Source: an uncultured delta proteobacterium
GTDB taxonomy: Bacteria > Desulfobacterota > Desulfomonilia > UBA1062
Length of the DNA stretch: 64,000 bases
Assembly (NCBI GenBank): GCA_963798485.1
Contig: CAWCTR010000007.1
Coordinates: 512,001 to 576,000 of the forward strand
Reading direction: 5' to 3'
A program made the translations under genes and the position numbers. Each line of letters starts with the position of its first letter. Within the stretch, counting starts at the first letter, position 1. The notes below the pieces were generated by a model. The model saw only the letters and a list, made by a program, of their open reading frames with translations. It was not told the origin of the DNA and did not search any database. This document shows, piece after piece, positions 20,308-30,602 of this stretch.

Positions 20308-23046
20308 ATGGAGGATGATATGCGAGATAAGGAGACAGAACAGGAAAGAGATAAGCCCCCCAATGAGCTGAAACAGATCAATAATGGGCAAGAGCAACTC
20401 CGAGGGAGTGAAGAACTCTACCGCACCATTTTCGAAACCGCCGGGACCGCCATTATTGTCATCGACAGCGACACCACCATCAGGATTGCCAATTCCAATT
20501 TCGAGAAGCTCTCAGGCTACAGCAGCCAGGAGCTCGAAGGCAAGATGAGCTGGACCGTGTTCATTGCAGATGAAGACCTGGAACGGATGAAGGCCTATCA
20601 CAAACAACGCAGGTCAGACCAGTCGTCAGCCCCGGCCGAATACGAGTTCGGCTTTGTCAATAAGACAGGCGAGACAAGGAACATACTTCTGAACATGGCC
20701 ATGATCGAAGGCACCAGCCGGAGCGTGGCTTCCTGCATGGATATAACGGCCCGGAAACGTGCCGAGGAGTCACTGCGGCGTAGTGAGGAGAACTACCGGA
20801 ACATCCTCGAGAGCATCCAGGAGGTCTACTACGAGGTGGATCTCAAGGGGAATTTTACGTTCTTCAACCCAATGGCATGGAGGGCACTGGGATATTCAAA
20901 AGAAGAGCTCACGAACATGAATTTCCGCGACTATATGGATGCAGACAATATACAGAAGGTGTTCGACGCCTATCATCGTGTCTTTGTGACGGGTGAGCCT
21001 ATTCCCGTATTTGAGTTTGATGTGATAATGAAAAACCAGGGGCGGCTCCCTGCTGAGGCCTCGGTGTCGTTGCGCAGGGATAGTAATGGGCGGGTGGTCG
21101 GCTTCAAAGGCGTGGTCCGGGATATCACCCGGCGTAAAGAGGCTGAGAAGGCCAGGCATCAGAGTGAGGAAAAATACCGCTCGATCCTTGAGAGCATCCA
21201 GGAAGGGTATTATGAGGTGGATCTCAAAGGGCGCTTCACCTTCTTCAATGATTCCTTTTGCAGCATGGTCGGATATACCCCCGAGGAGGTGATGGGCACG
21301 AAGTATCGGGTATTCGTTGACGAGGAAACGGCACATAAGATCTATGATGTTTTCCATAATGTCTACCTGACCGGCAACCCGGATAAAGGATTCGACTGGT
21401 CAATAGTCAGGAAAGACGGCACTAAAAAGGCCATAGAGAGCTCGACAACCCTGATGAGGGGCCCCAAGGGAGAGCCCATAGGATTCAGGGGTGTGATGCG
21501 TGACGTTACCGAGCGAAAACAGGCACAAGAGGCCCTGCGAGTAAGTGAGGAGCGTTTCCGGGATTTAGCGGAGCTGCTGCCCGAGACCGTCTATGAGGCC
21601 GGAATGGATGGGCGGTTAACCTTTGTGAACAAGAGTGGTCTTGAACATTTCGGGTATAGAGAGGAGGACCTCAAACACGGCCTTACGATACGTGATGTTA
21701 TCCCCTCCAGAGATATACACAAACTGGAAGAAAATTTCGCCAGGATGTTTACAGGCGAGCGAACCGGACTTAGTGAATTTATGGTGGTCCGTAAGGACAA
21801 GACCACGTTCCCTGCACTCGCCCGTTCCGCACCTATCATGCGTGATGGCAATCCCGCAGGCATCCGGGGCTTTCTTGTGGATATTTCGGAAAAGAAGAGT
21901 CTCGAGGAACGGCTTCTCCATGCCCAGAGGATGGAATCCATCGGGACCCTGGCCGGTGGGGTTGCCCATGACTTCAACAACCTCCTCATGGGCATCCAGG
22001 GGAACATCTCCCTCATGGGAATGGACCTGGATGAGCGGAGTGCGCTGCATGAGAGGCTGAAAAATATAGAGGGTTATATCAAACGCGCAAGCGACCTCAC
22101 TCGGCAGCTCCTGGGGTTCGCCAGGGGCGGCAAGTATGAGGTGAAGGTTACGGATCTTCATGATTTCATCCGCAGGAGCACCGATATGTTCGCACGCACA
22201 CATAAAGAGGTGCGGGTGCATACCCTGGAGGACAAGCGGGTGTGGCCGGTGGAAGTGGACCAGACTCAGATTGAACAGGTAATGTTGAACCTCTACATGA
22301 ATGCCTGGCAGGCCATGCCGGAGGGTGGGGACTTGTATGTGGGCCTTGAGAATGCAGAGCTTAATGACAATACTGCCAAGGCCTATGAGCTTTTACCTGG
22401 AAGATATGTGAAAATAACCGTTCGAGATACGGGTGTAGGGATGGACGAACCAACAAAGGCCAGGATATTCGATCCGTTCTTCACAACAAAGGAGATGGGG
22501 CGGGGGACAGGCCTCGGCCTGGCATCGGTATATGGGATCGTGAAGAATCATGATGGATTTGTCGGTGTAAAGAGCGAACTCGGTGCCGGGACGGAGTTCT
22601 TCATCTACCTGCCTGCCTCCATCAAACATCCGGATCGGGAAGAACCGCTCCAGGAAGTGGTGAAGGGTGACAACAGCTTAGTGCTCCTTGTGGATGACGA
22701 GGAGATGATCCTGGATGTGGGCTCGGCAATGCTCGAGAACCTAGGATACCGGGTGCTTAAGGCCAGGGGAGGTGAGTCCGGCCTTGAGGAGTTCTCTGCT
22801 CACTGTGGTGAGATTGACCTGGTAATCCTGGACATGATCATGCCGGATCTGTCCGGGAAAGATGTGTTTGCCCGCATGAAGGAAATAGACCCAAAGGTAA
22901 GGGTTCTCCTCTCGAGTGGATATAGCCTCAACAGCCAGGCCAATGAGATATTGGAGAGCGGGTGTGAGGGATTTATCCAGAAACCCTTCAGCCTCCAGGT
23001 GCTCTCGACGAAGATCAGAAAAGTGTTGAGAGCAGTGACCGTATGA
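20308..23046 (+). CDS. Cytoplasmic hybrid sensor histidine kinase (4 PAS + HisKA + HATPase + REC)
   Basis: Four PAS/PAC units ending DIT/DVT/DIS; AHDFNN H-box; DTGVGM, FDPFFTTK, GTGLGL; C-terminal receiver; AAGGAG RBS. Confidence 0.93.
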   Translation: MEDDMRDKETEQERDKPPNELKQINNGQEQLRGSEELYRTIFETAGTAIIVIDSDTTIRIANSNFEKLSGYSSQELEGKMSWTVFIADEDLERMKAYHKQRRSDQSSAPAEYEFGFVNKTGETRNILLNMAMIEGTSRSVASCMDITARKRAEESLRRSEENYRNILESIQEVYYEVDLKGNFTFFNPMAWRALGYSKEELTNMNFRDYMDADNIQKVFDAYHRVFVTGEPIPVFEFDVIMKNQGRLPAEASVSLRRDSNGRVVGFKGVVRDITRRKEAEKARHQSEEKYRSILESIQEGYYEVDLKGRFTFFNDSFCSMVGYTPEEVMGTKYRVFVDEETAHKIYDVFHNVYLTGNPDKGFDWSIVRKDGTKKAIESSTTLMRGPKGEPIGFRGVMRDVTERKQAQEALRVSEERFRDLAELLPETVYEAGMDGRLTFVNKSGLEHFGYREEDLKHGLTIRDVIPSRDIHKLEENFARMFTGERTGLSEFMVVRKDKTTFPALARSAPIMRDGNPAGIRGFLVDISEKKSLEERLLHAQRMESIGTLAGGVAHDFNNLLMGIQGNISLMGMDLDERSALHERLKNIEGYIKRASDLTRQLLGFARGGKYEVKVTDLHDFIRRSTDMFARTHKEVRVHTLEDKRVWPVEVDQTQIEQVMLNLYMNAWQAMPEGGDLYVGLENAELNDNTAKAYELLPGRYVKITVRDTGVGMDEPTKARIFDPFFTTKEMGRGTGLGLASVYGIVKNHDGFVGVKSELGAGTEFFIYLPASIKHPDREEPLQEVVKGDNSLVLLVDDEEMILDVGSAMLENLGYRVLKARGGESGLEEFSAHCGEIDLVILDMIMPDLSGKDVFARMKEIDPKVRVLLSSGYSLNSQANEILESGCEGFIQKPFSLQVLSTKIRKVLRAVTV

Positions 23047-23054
23047 AAATGGTT

Positions 23055-23083
23055 GTAGGAGCAGGCCTTGTGCCTGCCCTTTT
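23055..23083 (+). terminator. Hairpin after the kinase gene; resembles a GTAG-family REP and could act as a terminator
   Basis: GTAGGA-GCAGGC-cttgt-GCCTGC-cc-TTTT. Confidence 0.45.
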
Positions 23084-23226
23084 GTCTTAGAGCAGATTTT
23101 TCATCTATCACCACCCCGTGTAAACAAATCCTTTCCTCATCCGTCTGTAAAGAAATATGTTAGATCTGGAAAATGAAAGAGAATGCATTTATACTCTTTA
23201 ATAAATCTAGGTGATACTACATAAAC

Positions 23227-24573
23227 ATGATGAATAAGATATGGTTTGTGGAAGGTACAATCTCTTTGAAGCAACACATACAAGGGTCATGGCTTTTCCT
23301 GTGTTGTTTTATTCTGGTTGTCCTGTTACCCCTTGCGGCCAGTGCGGGAGATGAGATCAAGCCCGGCGAGACCCTTGACCTTTCGCGCTGCATAGCCATT
23401 GCACTGAAGAACCACCCCGCCATCCTGGGAGCGGCCGGGAGCCTCAAGGCAAGCGAGAGCAGGGTGAAGGAGGCGAGGTCGAATTATTATCCTCAGGTAG
23501 GGGCGTCTTCGGCCTACAGCCGGAACTATGCCCAGGGGGGAACGAGTGCTGTCGCCCCGGGGAGCAGCTACTACAACGAGTATCAGGATAGTCTCAATCT
23601 CAACCAGACGCTCATTGATTTCGGCAAGACGTCCGCGCAGGTGGATGTGCAGGCCTTGGGAGCGGATGCGGCGAGGGCGGATCTTGATAATACGGTAAGT
23701 CAGATCGTCCTGGGGGTGAAACAGGCATATTACGGCATCCTGCAGGCCAGGCAGAGCCGGGATGCGTATGCGGAAGCCGTGGTGCAGTATGAAAAGCACC
23801 TGGACCAGGCCAGGAGGTTCTACGAGGTCGGGACCAAGCCGAAGATCGATGTGACGAATGCAGAGGTGGACCTGAGCCAGGCAAAGCTCAACCTGCTCAA
23901 GGCCGAAAACGGCCTGCGCATTGCGAGGATAACACTGAACAACGCCATGGGGGCGCCGGAAGCGCCAAGCTATGAGATTAAGGATACTGCGGGCTACCAG
24001 GATTACCCCATTGACCTGGCGAGCGCGCTGAAGAGGGGCTATGATGCCAGGGGCGACCTAGTCTCGGCAACAGCGAAGCGTGAGGCTGCCGAGCGGTCCA
24101 TAGACCTTGCGCGGACAGGATACTACCCGGTGCTCACCGGCAATGCGGGGTATGGATGGAGCGGGCCGGACTATCCTCTGGACAAGGAGTGGACCGTAGG
24201 GGCCACGCTGAACTTTCCGCTGTTCAGCGGTTTTCTGACAAAGTCCCAGGTGGAGGAGGCCAGGGCCAACCTGGAGGTGGCAAGGGCGAATGAGGAGAAC
24301 ATCCGGCAGGGCATCCGGTTTGACATCGAGCAGGCCTTTTCGAACCTCACGCAGGCCAAAGAGGGGATCGTGCTGGCCGAGGTCACCGTAAAGCAGGCCA
24401 AGGAGAACCGGGAGCTTGCGCTGGGGCGATATGAGGCAGGGGTGGGGAACACCATCGAGGTGACGGATGCGCTGGTAACGGAGATCAACGCCAAGACCGC
24501 GTATATAAACGCCCTGAGTGACTACCGCCTCGCGGTTGCAAGCCTGGAAAAGGCCATGGGGGTAAGACAATGA
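23227..24573 (+). CDS. TolC family outer membrane efflux protein
   Basis: Signal peptide, two OEP repeats, RYEAGVG..IEVTDA; the true start may be slightly downstream. Confidence 0.9.
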   Translation: MMNKIWFVEGTISLKQHIQGSWLFLCCFILVVLLPLAASAGDEIKPGETLDLSRCIAIALKNHPAILGAAGSLKASESRVKEARSNYYPQVGASSAYSRNYAQGGTSAVAPGSSYYNEYQDSLNLNQTLIDFGKTSAQVDVQALGADAARADLDNTVSQIVLGVKQAYYGILQARQSRDAYAEAVVQYEKHLDQARRFYEVGTKPKIDVTNAEVDLSQAKLNLLKAENGLRIARITLNNAMGAPEAPSYEIKDTAGYQDYPIDLASALKRGYDARGDLVSATAKREAAERSIDLARTGYYPVLTGNAGYGWSGPDYPLDKEWTVGATLNFPLFSGFLTKSQVEEARANLEVARANEENIRQGIRFDIEQAFSNLTQAKEGIVLAEVTVKQAKENRELALGRYEAGVGNTIEVTDALVTEINAKTAYINALSDYRLAVASLEKAMGVRQ

Positions 24574-25754
24574 GAAAGGTTGTAATACTTGGATTGATCG
24601 TGATCATCATTGCCGTAGGCGCATGGTATATGCTGAAGAAAGGGGACAAGGCACCGCAGTATAAGACAGTGGCGGTCCACCGAACGGACCTGGAGGCCAT
24701 GGTGACGGCCACCGGCACGGTCAATGCCGTAACGACCGTACTCGTGGGAACCCAGGTATCAGGGACGATCAATGCCCTGTATGTGGACTACAATTCACCT
24801 GTAAAGAAGGACCAGCTCCTGGCTCAGATCGACCCTGCCACGTTCCAGGCACAGGTGGATCAGGCAAGGGCAAACCTCCTTAATGCTGGGGCCAATCTCG
24901 AAAAAAGTGAAGCCTCTCTTGTGGATGCCGGGCGTACATTCGAGCGTAACAAGCGGCTCATTGCACAAAATTTTATAGCCCAGAGTGACCTGGACACCTC
25001 GGAAACAAATGTACAGACTGCCAAGGCGCAGGTGGAGGCTGCAAGGGCCTCAGTCCTTCAGAACAGGGCCGCCCTGAATCAGGCGGAAACAAACTTGCAC
25101 TACACGAAGATCCTTTCACCGGTAAACGGCACGGTCATCTCGCGGAACATCGATGTCGGTCAGACCGTGGCGGCAAGCTTCCAGACACCCACACTCTTCA
25201 CCATAGCCAATGACCTCACGAAGATGCAGATCGATACGAGCGTGGACGAGGCGGACGTGGGTAATATGCAGGTCGGTCAAGAGGCCCGGTTCACCGTGGA
25301 TGCCTACCCCGACACGAATTTTACCGGGAAGATTTCCCAGATCCGGAATGCGGCCACGATGGTGCAGAATGTCGTCACCTATGATGTGGTCGTGCAGGTA
25401 AACAACAACGACCTGAAGCTTAAACCCGGCATGACCGCCAATGTCTCGATTATAACGGCCCGCAGGAGCGGTGTGCTTGTTGTTCCAAACAGCGCCCTGC
25501 GCTATCATCCGGACAAACAGGATAACGGATCAACAACCCCCCAGAAGAAGCCTGGGGCAGGGAATAAAGGGCCTGCGGTCTGGGTCCTTGAAAACAACAA
25601 ACCCGAACGCATTAAGGTCTCTGTCGGCATCAACGACGGTTCATCCACCGAGATCGTCTCCGGGCAGATAAAAGTGGGTCAGGATGTCATTGTAGCCAAC
25701 CTTGGGCAGAACGACAAAACATCACAGGCCCAGGGGCCGAGGTTCTTCCACTGA
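24570..25754 (+). CDS. Efflux periplasmic adaptor subunit (MacA-like)
   Basis: VGTQVSG, GQTVAASFQTPTLF, LKPGMTANV. Confidence 0.92.
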   Translation: MRKVVILGLIVIIIAVGAWYMLKKGDKAPQYKTVAVHRTDLEAMVTATGTVNAVTTVLVGTQVSGTINALYVDYNSPVKKDQLLAQIDPATFQAQVDQARANLLNAGANLEKSEASLVDAGRTFERNKRLIAQNFIAQSDLDTSETNVQTAKAQVEAARASVLQNRAALNQAETNLHYTKILSPVNGTVISRNIDVGQTVAASFQTPTLFTIANDLTKMQIDTSVDEADVGNMQVGQEARFTVDAYPDTNFTGKISQIRNAATMVQNVVTYDVVVQVNNNDLKLKPGMTANVSIITARRSGVLVVPNSALRYHPDKQDNGSTTPQKKPGAGNKGPAVWVLENNKPERIKVSVGINDGSSTEIVSGQIKVGQDVIVANLGQNDKTSQAQGPRFFH

Positions 25755-26443
25755 TGGCGCTGATCGAAACAGAAGATCTCTACAAGCTTTATGATGTGGG
25801 AGAGAGTCCTGTCCATGCCCTGGACGGGGTTACCATAGCCATTGAGAGAGGAGAATTCGTCGCCATCATGGGGCCGTCGGGCTCCGGGAAGTCCACCTTC
25901 ATGAATGTCGTCGGTTGCCTGGACAAACCGACCAACGGGACATACCGACTAGATGGAATGGATATAGGGAACCTCAGCCCCGATGCACTGGCAGATATCA
26001 GGAGTAGGAAGATCGGCTTTGTCTTCCAGGGATTCAACCTACTGGCCAGGTCTACTGCGTTGGAGAATGTGGAACTTCCCATGCTCTATAACGGCATCCC
26101 TGCCTCGCAGAGGAAGAATCGCGCCCTTGCGGCACTGAAGTCCATGGGGCTCGAGGGCAGGGAGCACCACCACCCGAATCAGCTCTCAGGGGGTCAGCAG
26201 CAGCGGGTGGCCATTGCGCGGGCGCTCGTCAACCAGGCCCCGCTCATATTCGCCGACGAGCCCACCGGCAATGTCGACACCAAGACCTCCATCGAGATCA
26301 TGGACCTCCTTGTCAAGCTCAACAGAGAATCGGGCATCACCATCATCCTCGTCACACACGAAGCGGATATCGCGGCATACAGCAACAGGCGTATCCATTT
26401 TCTGGACGGGAAGGTGATAAGCGATGAGGTGAAAGGCCCATGA
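25754..26443 (+). CDS. ABC transporter ATP-binding protein (MacB/LolD-like)
   Basis: GPSGSGKST, LSGGQQQRVAIARAL, ADEPTGN. Confidence 0.95.
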   Translation: MALIETEDLYKLYDVGESPVHALDGVTIAIERGEFVAIMGPSGSGKSTFMNVVGCLDKPTNGTYRLDGMDIGNLSPDALADIRSRKIGFVFQGFNLLARSTALENVELPMLYNGIPASQRKNRALAALKSMGLEGREHHHPNQLSGGQQQRVAIARALVNQAPLIFADEPTGNVDTKTSIEIMDLLVKLNRESGITIILVTHEADIAAYSNRRIHFLDGKVISDEVKGP

Positions 26444-27669
26444 TCAGTATACCTGCTACGGTCAAGATATCGCTTCGCGCGCTGTGGGTGAACAAGATGC
26501 GCTCGTCGCTTACCATGCTGGGTATCATCATCGGCGTTGGGGCGGTCATCGCCATGCTTGCCGTGGGCACCGGAGCGAGCAGGAAGATCGCACAACAGGT
26601 AGACAGCGTCGGGAGCAACCTCATCGTCGTCGTACCCGGCAGCATGACCCAGGGCGGCTTGCGCATGGGGTTAGGCTCGCAGTCGACGCTGAACACAAGT
26701 GATGCTAATGCGATTGAAAGCGAATGTTCGGCAGTTCAGACCGTGGCGCCGATCCTGAACGGAAGCGGCCAGGTGATCTACGGCAACCAGAACTGGGCCA
26801 CCTCCATCACCGGGACTACACCGAACATCCTGGTTGTCCGTGACTGCGCCATCGTTGAAGGGAGGAACTTCTCGGACCAGGACATACGCAACGCCACCAA
26901 GGTCTGCCTTATCGGCCATACCATCATAGAAAATCTATTCGAGAACGAGGACCCGGTGGGCAAGATCATCCGGGTCAAGAATGTCCCCTTCACCGTCATC
27001 GGGGTCCTGGAAGAGAAGGGCCAGTCGCTCGGGGGCCAAGACCAGGACGATGTCGTATACATCCCGATAACTACCGCACAGAAGAAGATCATCGGCACCG
27101 CCTTCCCCGGCATGGTCCGCGCTATTATGGTGAAGGCGAAAAGCACCGACGAATTGCCGATCGCGGAAACCGAAGTGAATGACCTCCTGATGCAGCGTCA
27201 TCACATCGGTCCGAGCAGGGACGTGGACTTCACGGTGAGGAACCTCACACAGATGCTTCAGATGGCACAGCAGTTCACCCTCGTCATGACCCTTCTGCTA
27301 GGGGCTATTGCCTCGGTATCGCTCGTGGTGGGGGGTATCGGGATCATGAATATCATGCTCGTCTCCGTGACGGAACGTACCAGGGAGATAGGTATCCGCA
27401 TGGCGGTGGGGGCCAAGGCAAAAGACATCCGGTTCCAGTTCATTATCGAGGCCGTGACGCTCTCTCTCATAGGCGGCATTGTAGGGATAATCGTGGGCGT
27501 CATCGTGGCGGCCTCCATCTCGAAGTTTGCCGACTGGCCCACGGTCGTCTCTCCCTTTGCCGTGTTACTGGCCTTCGGGTTTTCAGGGTTTATCGGGATC
27601 TTCTTCGGGTTCTACCCGGCCTACAAGGCCTCGCTTTTAAACCCCATCGATGCACTACGGTACGAGTGA
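26440..27669 (+). CDS. ABC transporter permease (MacB/FtsX-like)
   Basis: RSSLTMLGIIIGV, GGIGIMNIMLVSVTERTREIGIRMAVGA, NPIDALRYE. Confidence 0.95.
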   Translation: MISIPATVKISLRALWVNKMRSSLTMLGIIIGVGAVIAMLAVGTGASRKIAQQVDSVGSNLIVVVPGSMTQGGLRMGLGSQSTLNTSDANAIESECSAVQTVAPILNGSGQVIYGNQNWATSITGTTPNILVVRDCAIVEGRNFSDQDIRNATKVCLIGHTIIENLFENEDPVGKIIRVKNVPFTVIGVLEEKGQSLGGQDQDDVVYIPITTAQKKIIGTAFPGMVRAIMVKAKSTDELPIAETEVNDLLMQRHHIGPSRDVDFTVRNLTQMLQMAQQFTLVMTLLLGAIASVSLVVGGIGIMNIMLVSVTERTREIGIRMAVGAKAKDIRFQFIIEAVTLSLIGGIVGIIVGVIVAASISKFADWPTVVSPFAVLLAFGFSGFIGIFFGFYPAYKASLLNPIDALRYE

Positions 27670-27674
27670 GATTT

Positions 27675-28775
27675 TTAGAACCTTCCGAACAGCTTCTTCT
27701 TGTTCTTGGGGTCCTTTACATCATCATTGCTTATCTCGGCGAACTTGCGCAGGAGCTCTTCCTGCTCCTTGGAGAGTTTCTTGGGGATCTCCACCTTTAT
27801 ACCCACGTGGAGTGATCCATGGCCTGAGTGTCTGAGGTGCTTTATGCCCTTGTCCTTGATGGTGTAAATCTCATCGGGCTGCGTACCGGGTTTGATCTCC
27901 AGGTCCGTCTCGCCGTCCAGGGTGGGCACCTTGATGGTTGTGCCCAGGGCTGCCTGCACGAAGCTGAGGGGCATTTCGATATAGAGGTCATCGCCCTGTC
28001 TGACAAAGGTTTCATGCTGCTTGAGGTTGATGAAGACATACAGATCGCCTTCAGGCCCGCCCAACTCGCCAAGCTCGCCTTCTCCGGGGACCCGCATGGT
28101 GGCCCCTGTATCCACGCCGGCAGGGATCTTGACCTTGAGGTGCTTCCTCTTGGTGACGTGGCCGGTGCCCCTGCAGGGTCTGCAAGGCTTCTTGATTACC
28201 TGGCCCGTCCCCCTGCAGGAAGGGCAGGTGGTGCTGATGGTGAAGAAGCCCTGGGTCCTGTGTACCTGGCCCTTGCCGCCACAGGTGGAGCATCGTTCGG
28301 GAGATGTCCCGGCCTCGGCCCCGCTGCCCTTGCATTCTTCACACAATTCCGTCTTGGGGATTTCCAGCTCGATCTCAGTGCCTGTTGCAGCCTGTTCCAA
28401 GGTGATGGCGGTGTCGTACCTGAGGTCGGCCCCCTTGGTGGGACGTCTGCGGCCTGACCTGCCCCCCGGGAAACCGAACATGTCGCCGAAGACATCCGAG
28501 AAGCTGCTGAATATGTCGTCAAAGCTGGTGAATTCGTGGAAGTTGGTGCGGGACAGGCCTTCATGCCCATACTGGTCGTACAGGCGTCGCTTTTCAGCAT
28601 CGTGGAGCACCTCGTAGGCCTCGGCGGCCTCCTTGAAGTGCGATTCGGCCGCATGATCGCCGGGGTTGCGGTCCGGATGGTATTTCAGTGCAAGCTGACG
28701 GTAGGCCTTTTTTATCTCATCGCCGGTCGCTGCCTTCGATACCCCAAGGATATCGTAGTAGTCCCTCTTTGTCAT
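27675..28775 (-). CDS. dnaJ: Molecular chaperone DnaJ
   Basis: J-domain with HPD, G/F region, four CxxCxGxG repeats. Confidence 0.97.
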   Translation of the reverse strand: MTKRDYYDILGVSKAATGDEIKKAYRQLALKYHPDRNPGDHAAESHFKEAAEAYEVLHDAEKRRLYDQYGHEGLSRTNFHEFTSFDDIFSSFSDVFGDMFGFPGGRSGRRRPTKGADLRYDTAITLEQAATGTEIELEIPKTELCEECKGSGAEAGTSPERCSTCGGKGQVHRTQGFFTISTTCPSCRGTGQVIKKPCRPCRGTGHVTKRKHLKVKIPAGVDTGATMRVPGEGELGELGGPEGDLYVFINLKQHETFVRQGDDLYIEMPLSFVQAALGTTIKVPTLDGETDLEIKPGTQPDEIYTIKDKGIKHLRHSGHGSLHVGIKVEIPKKLSKEQEELLRKFAEISNDDVKDPKNKKKLFGRF

Positions 28776-28966
28776 GTACGTTCGTGCAGCGTGATCTTCC
28801 CCTCAGCCAGTTCGCGCAGCGCCGTGACCACAAACTTGTTGTCCTTGCGTCTGCTTAATGGATTGGACCCCTTCATGAGCTGCTTGGTGCGCTTCGATGC
28901 AGCAACGGCTAAAGAAAAACGATCGTTTACCTTTTCAAGACAATCTTCAACGGTGACTCGTGCCAT
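28772..28966 (-). CDS. rpoZ: RNA polymerase omega subunit
   Basis: [19 protein letters not shown]...[15 protein letters not shown]. Confidence 0.95.
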   Translation of the reverse strand: MARVTVEDCLEKVNDRFSLAVAASKRTKQLMKGSNPLSRRKDNKFVVTALRELAEGKITLHERT

Positions 28967-29046
28967 TATTACCTTCCTGGTTTTCAAATGAGAGCAGTGC
29001 CCTCATGCCATACAAATTCAGACTCGTCAAGGGCCATGATGCCCTT

Positions 29047-30323
29047 TCAATCGTCGAAATTTCCCGTTCCGGCCCCTTTCTTATGCAAGGCCTGGCCGCG
29101 GGCCATGATCTTTTCCTTTGTCCACTCCCCGGGGTCTTCGATGCGTTTTCCCTTTGGTCCGAGGTCGTAGGACCCCTTCTCAAGGATGGCTTCAATGGCA
29201 AGCGGTGCGGTGTCCGAGGCATTGAACCACTTCACGAGCAGGTCATAGACAAAGTCCTCCACACCCTTGGCCATGCGATCGCGGATTTCTTTCGGCTGGG
29301 CGAGCAGTTTGTTCTCAAAGGGCAGGTTCAGGTTCTTGTAGTCGCCTGCCTTGAGCGACTTGCCCTGGGCATAGGCCGTCATCTCGGCCCACAGCTCGTC
29401 AGTTACCCCTTCATCCGCGACCTTGATGAAGTTCTTCTGATCATCCAGGAAGGCGTTTCCGAACTCATTGACCTTGACACCCCAGGAAATCATTTGAAGG
29501 GCAGTGGCCACGTTGGCCTTTGTGGTACGTGTCTCGGCGGCGATGCGTTTGAGTCTCTCATAGCTGTTGCCGGATGTCCCGTGCTGGGCTCCGGAGATGC
29601 CGTATTTTGCAAGCTCCTCATGGATACTTTTAGTCAGTTCCACATCGATACCCGAGGCCGTGGCCTCTATGCCATGGGTCGTCCCGTTGTTAAGCGCGAT
29701 CCAGTCCGGGAAGATACCATTGGCGTTCAGGCCTTGGATAAGGAACAAGGCTTCCTCAGGGGTTGATAACCCCTCCTTGCCCTTGATCTCACCCACCTCG
29801 GTCTCATAGCCGGCCCAGGAGGGTATGTAAGGCCTTGAGGTCGAGGTTTGCAAGCAGGTTCTCATCGTCCACCATGTGGGATGCGTCAATGGCGATGGAG
29901 GTGATGCCCGCATCGAACATGGAGGGGATATCCACCTTGGCCTTTGCCACCTCGGGCGGCTTCTTGAGCCCGAAATGGTCGGCATGGACGGCAATGGGCA
30001 CGGTGATGCCGAGCTCGTTGCCTATGGTATCCGCATATCGCGGCAAGGTTCCACATGCTGATGGGGCAGTAGTTGGCCTCGGATTTGGCGATCTCGAGGA
30101 TAACAGCCGCATTCGCCCTCTGGGCCGCCTGGAGAACACCCCGGATGATAATACTGTTACGGCCGTTGGCCGCAATGGTCATGGCATGCCCCTTTTTCAT
30201 CATGGCCCGGTCTACTGCCTTACCGCTCACTATAAGAACCTTGGAGTTGGGGAAGAGCTTGACGATATTGGGTGGACGGCCGATTTCCAGGGCCTTGTTA
30301 AATGCTTTAGTTGAATTATTCAC
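29047..30323 (-). CDS. fba: Class II fructose-bisphosphate aldolase; two frameshifts (about 30045 and 29830)
   Basis: Three consecutive frames give AANGRN...EIAKSE / VHADH...IAIDASH / ETEVGEI...NNGTTHG...AQHGTSG...KANVAT. Confidence 0.85.
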
Positions 30324-30602
30324 TATTCAACCCCCTTCTCTATGGATTGATCCCGGAGTCTGTATTAGCACAAAGGCGATAAGATAGGAAGTTGCAATAA
30401 GATGGAATGTGGAAAGAATTTTCTTTCAAAGAGGGAAAAGTTATTCCTAAGGGCAATGGTTATTCACATCCTCTTTACGTAAAGTATTGAATTAGCGAGA
30501 ATCAGCAATTTGTATGGTTTTTGCATGCGATGATACCTATATAGCTAAATTGTAATATTGTGACCCTCTTTTAGACCACATGTAATAAAGAGGAGGTTTT
30601 TT

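Noticed and set aside
28960-29766. Long antisense or alternate-frame ORFs (also 3094-3900, 6258-6953, 8634-9449, 43904-44788)
   Set aside because: Shadows of well-supported genes on the opposite strand, with no recognisable motifs.
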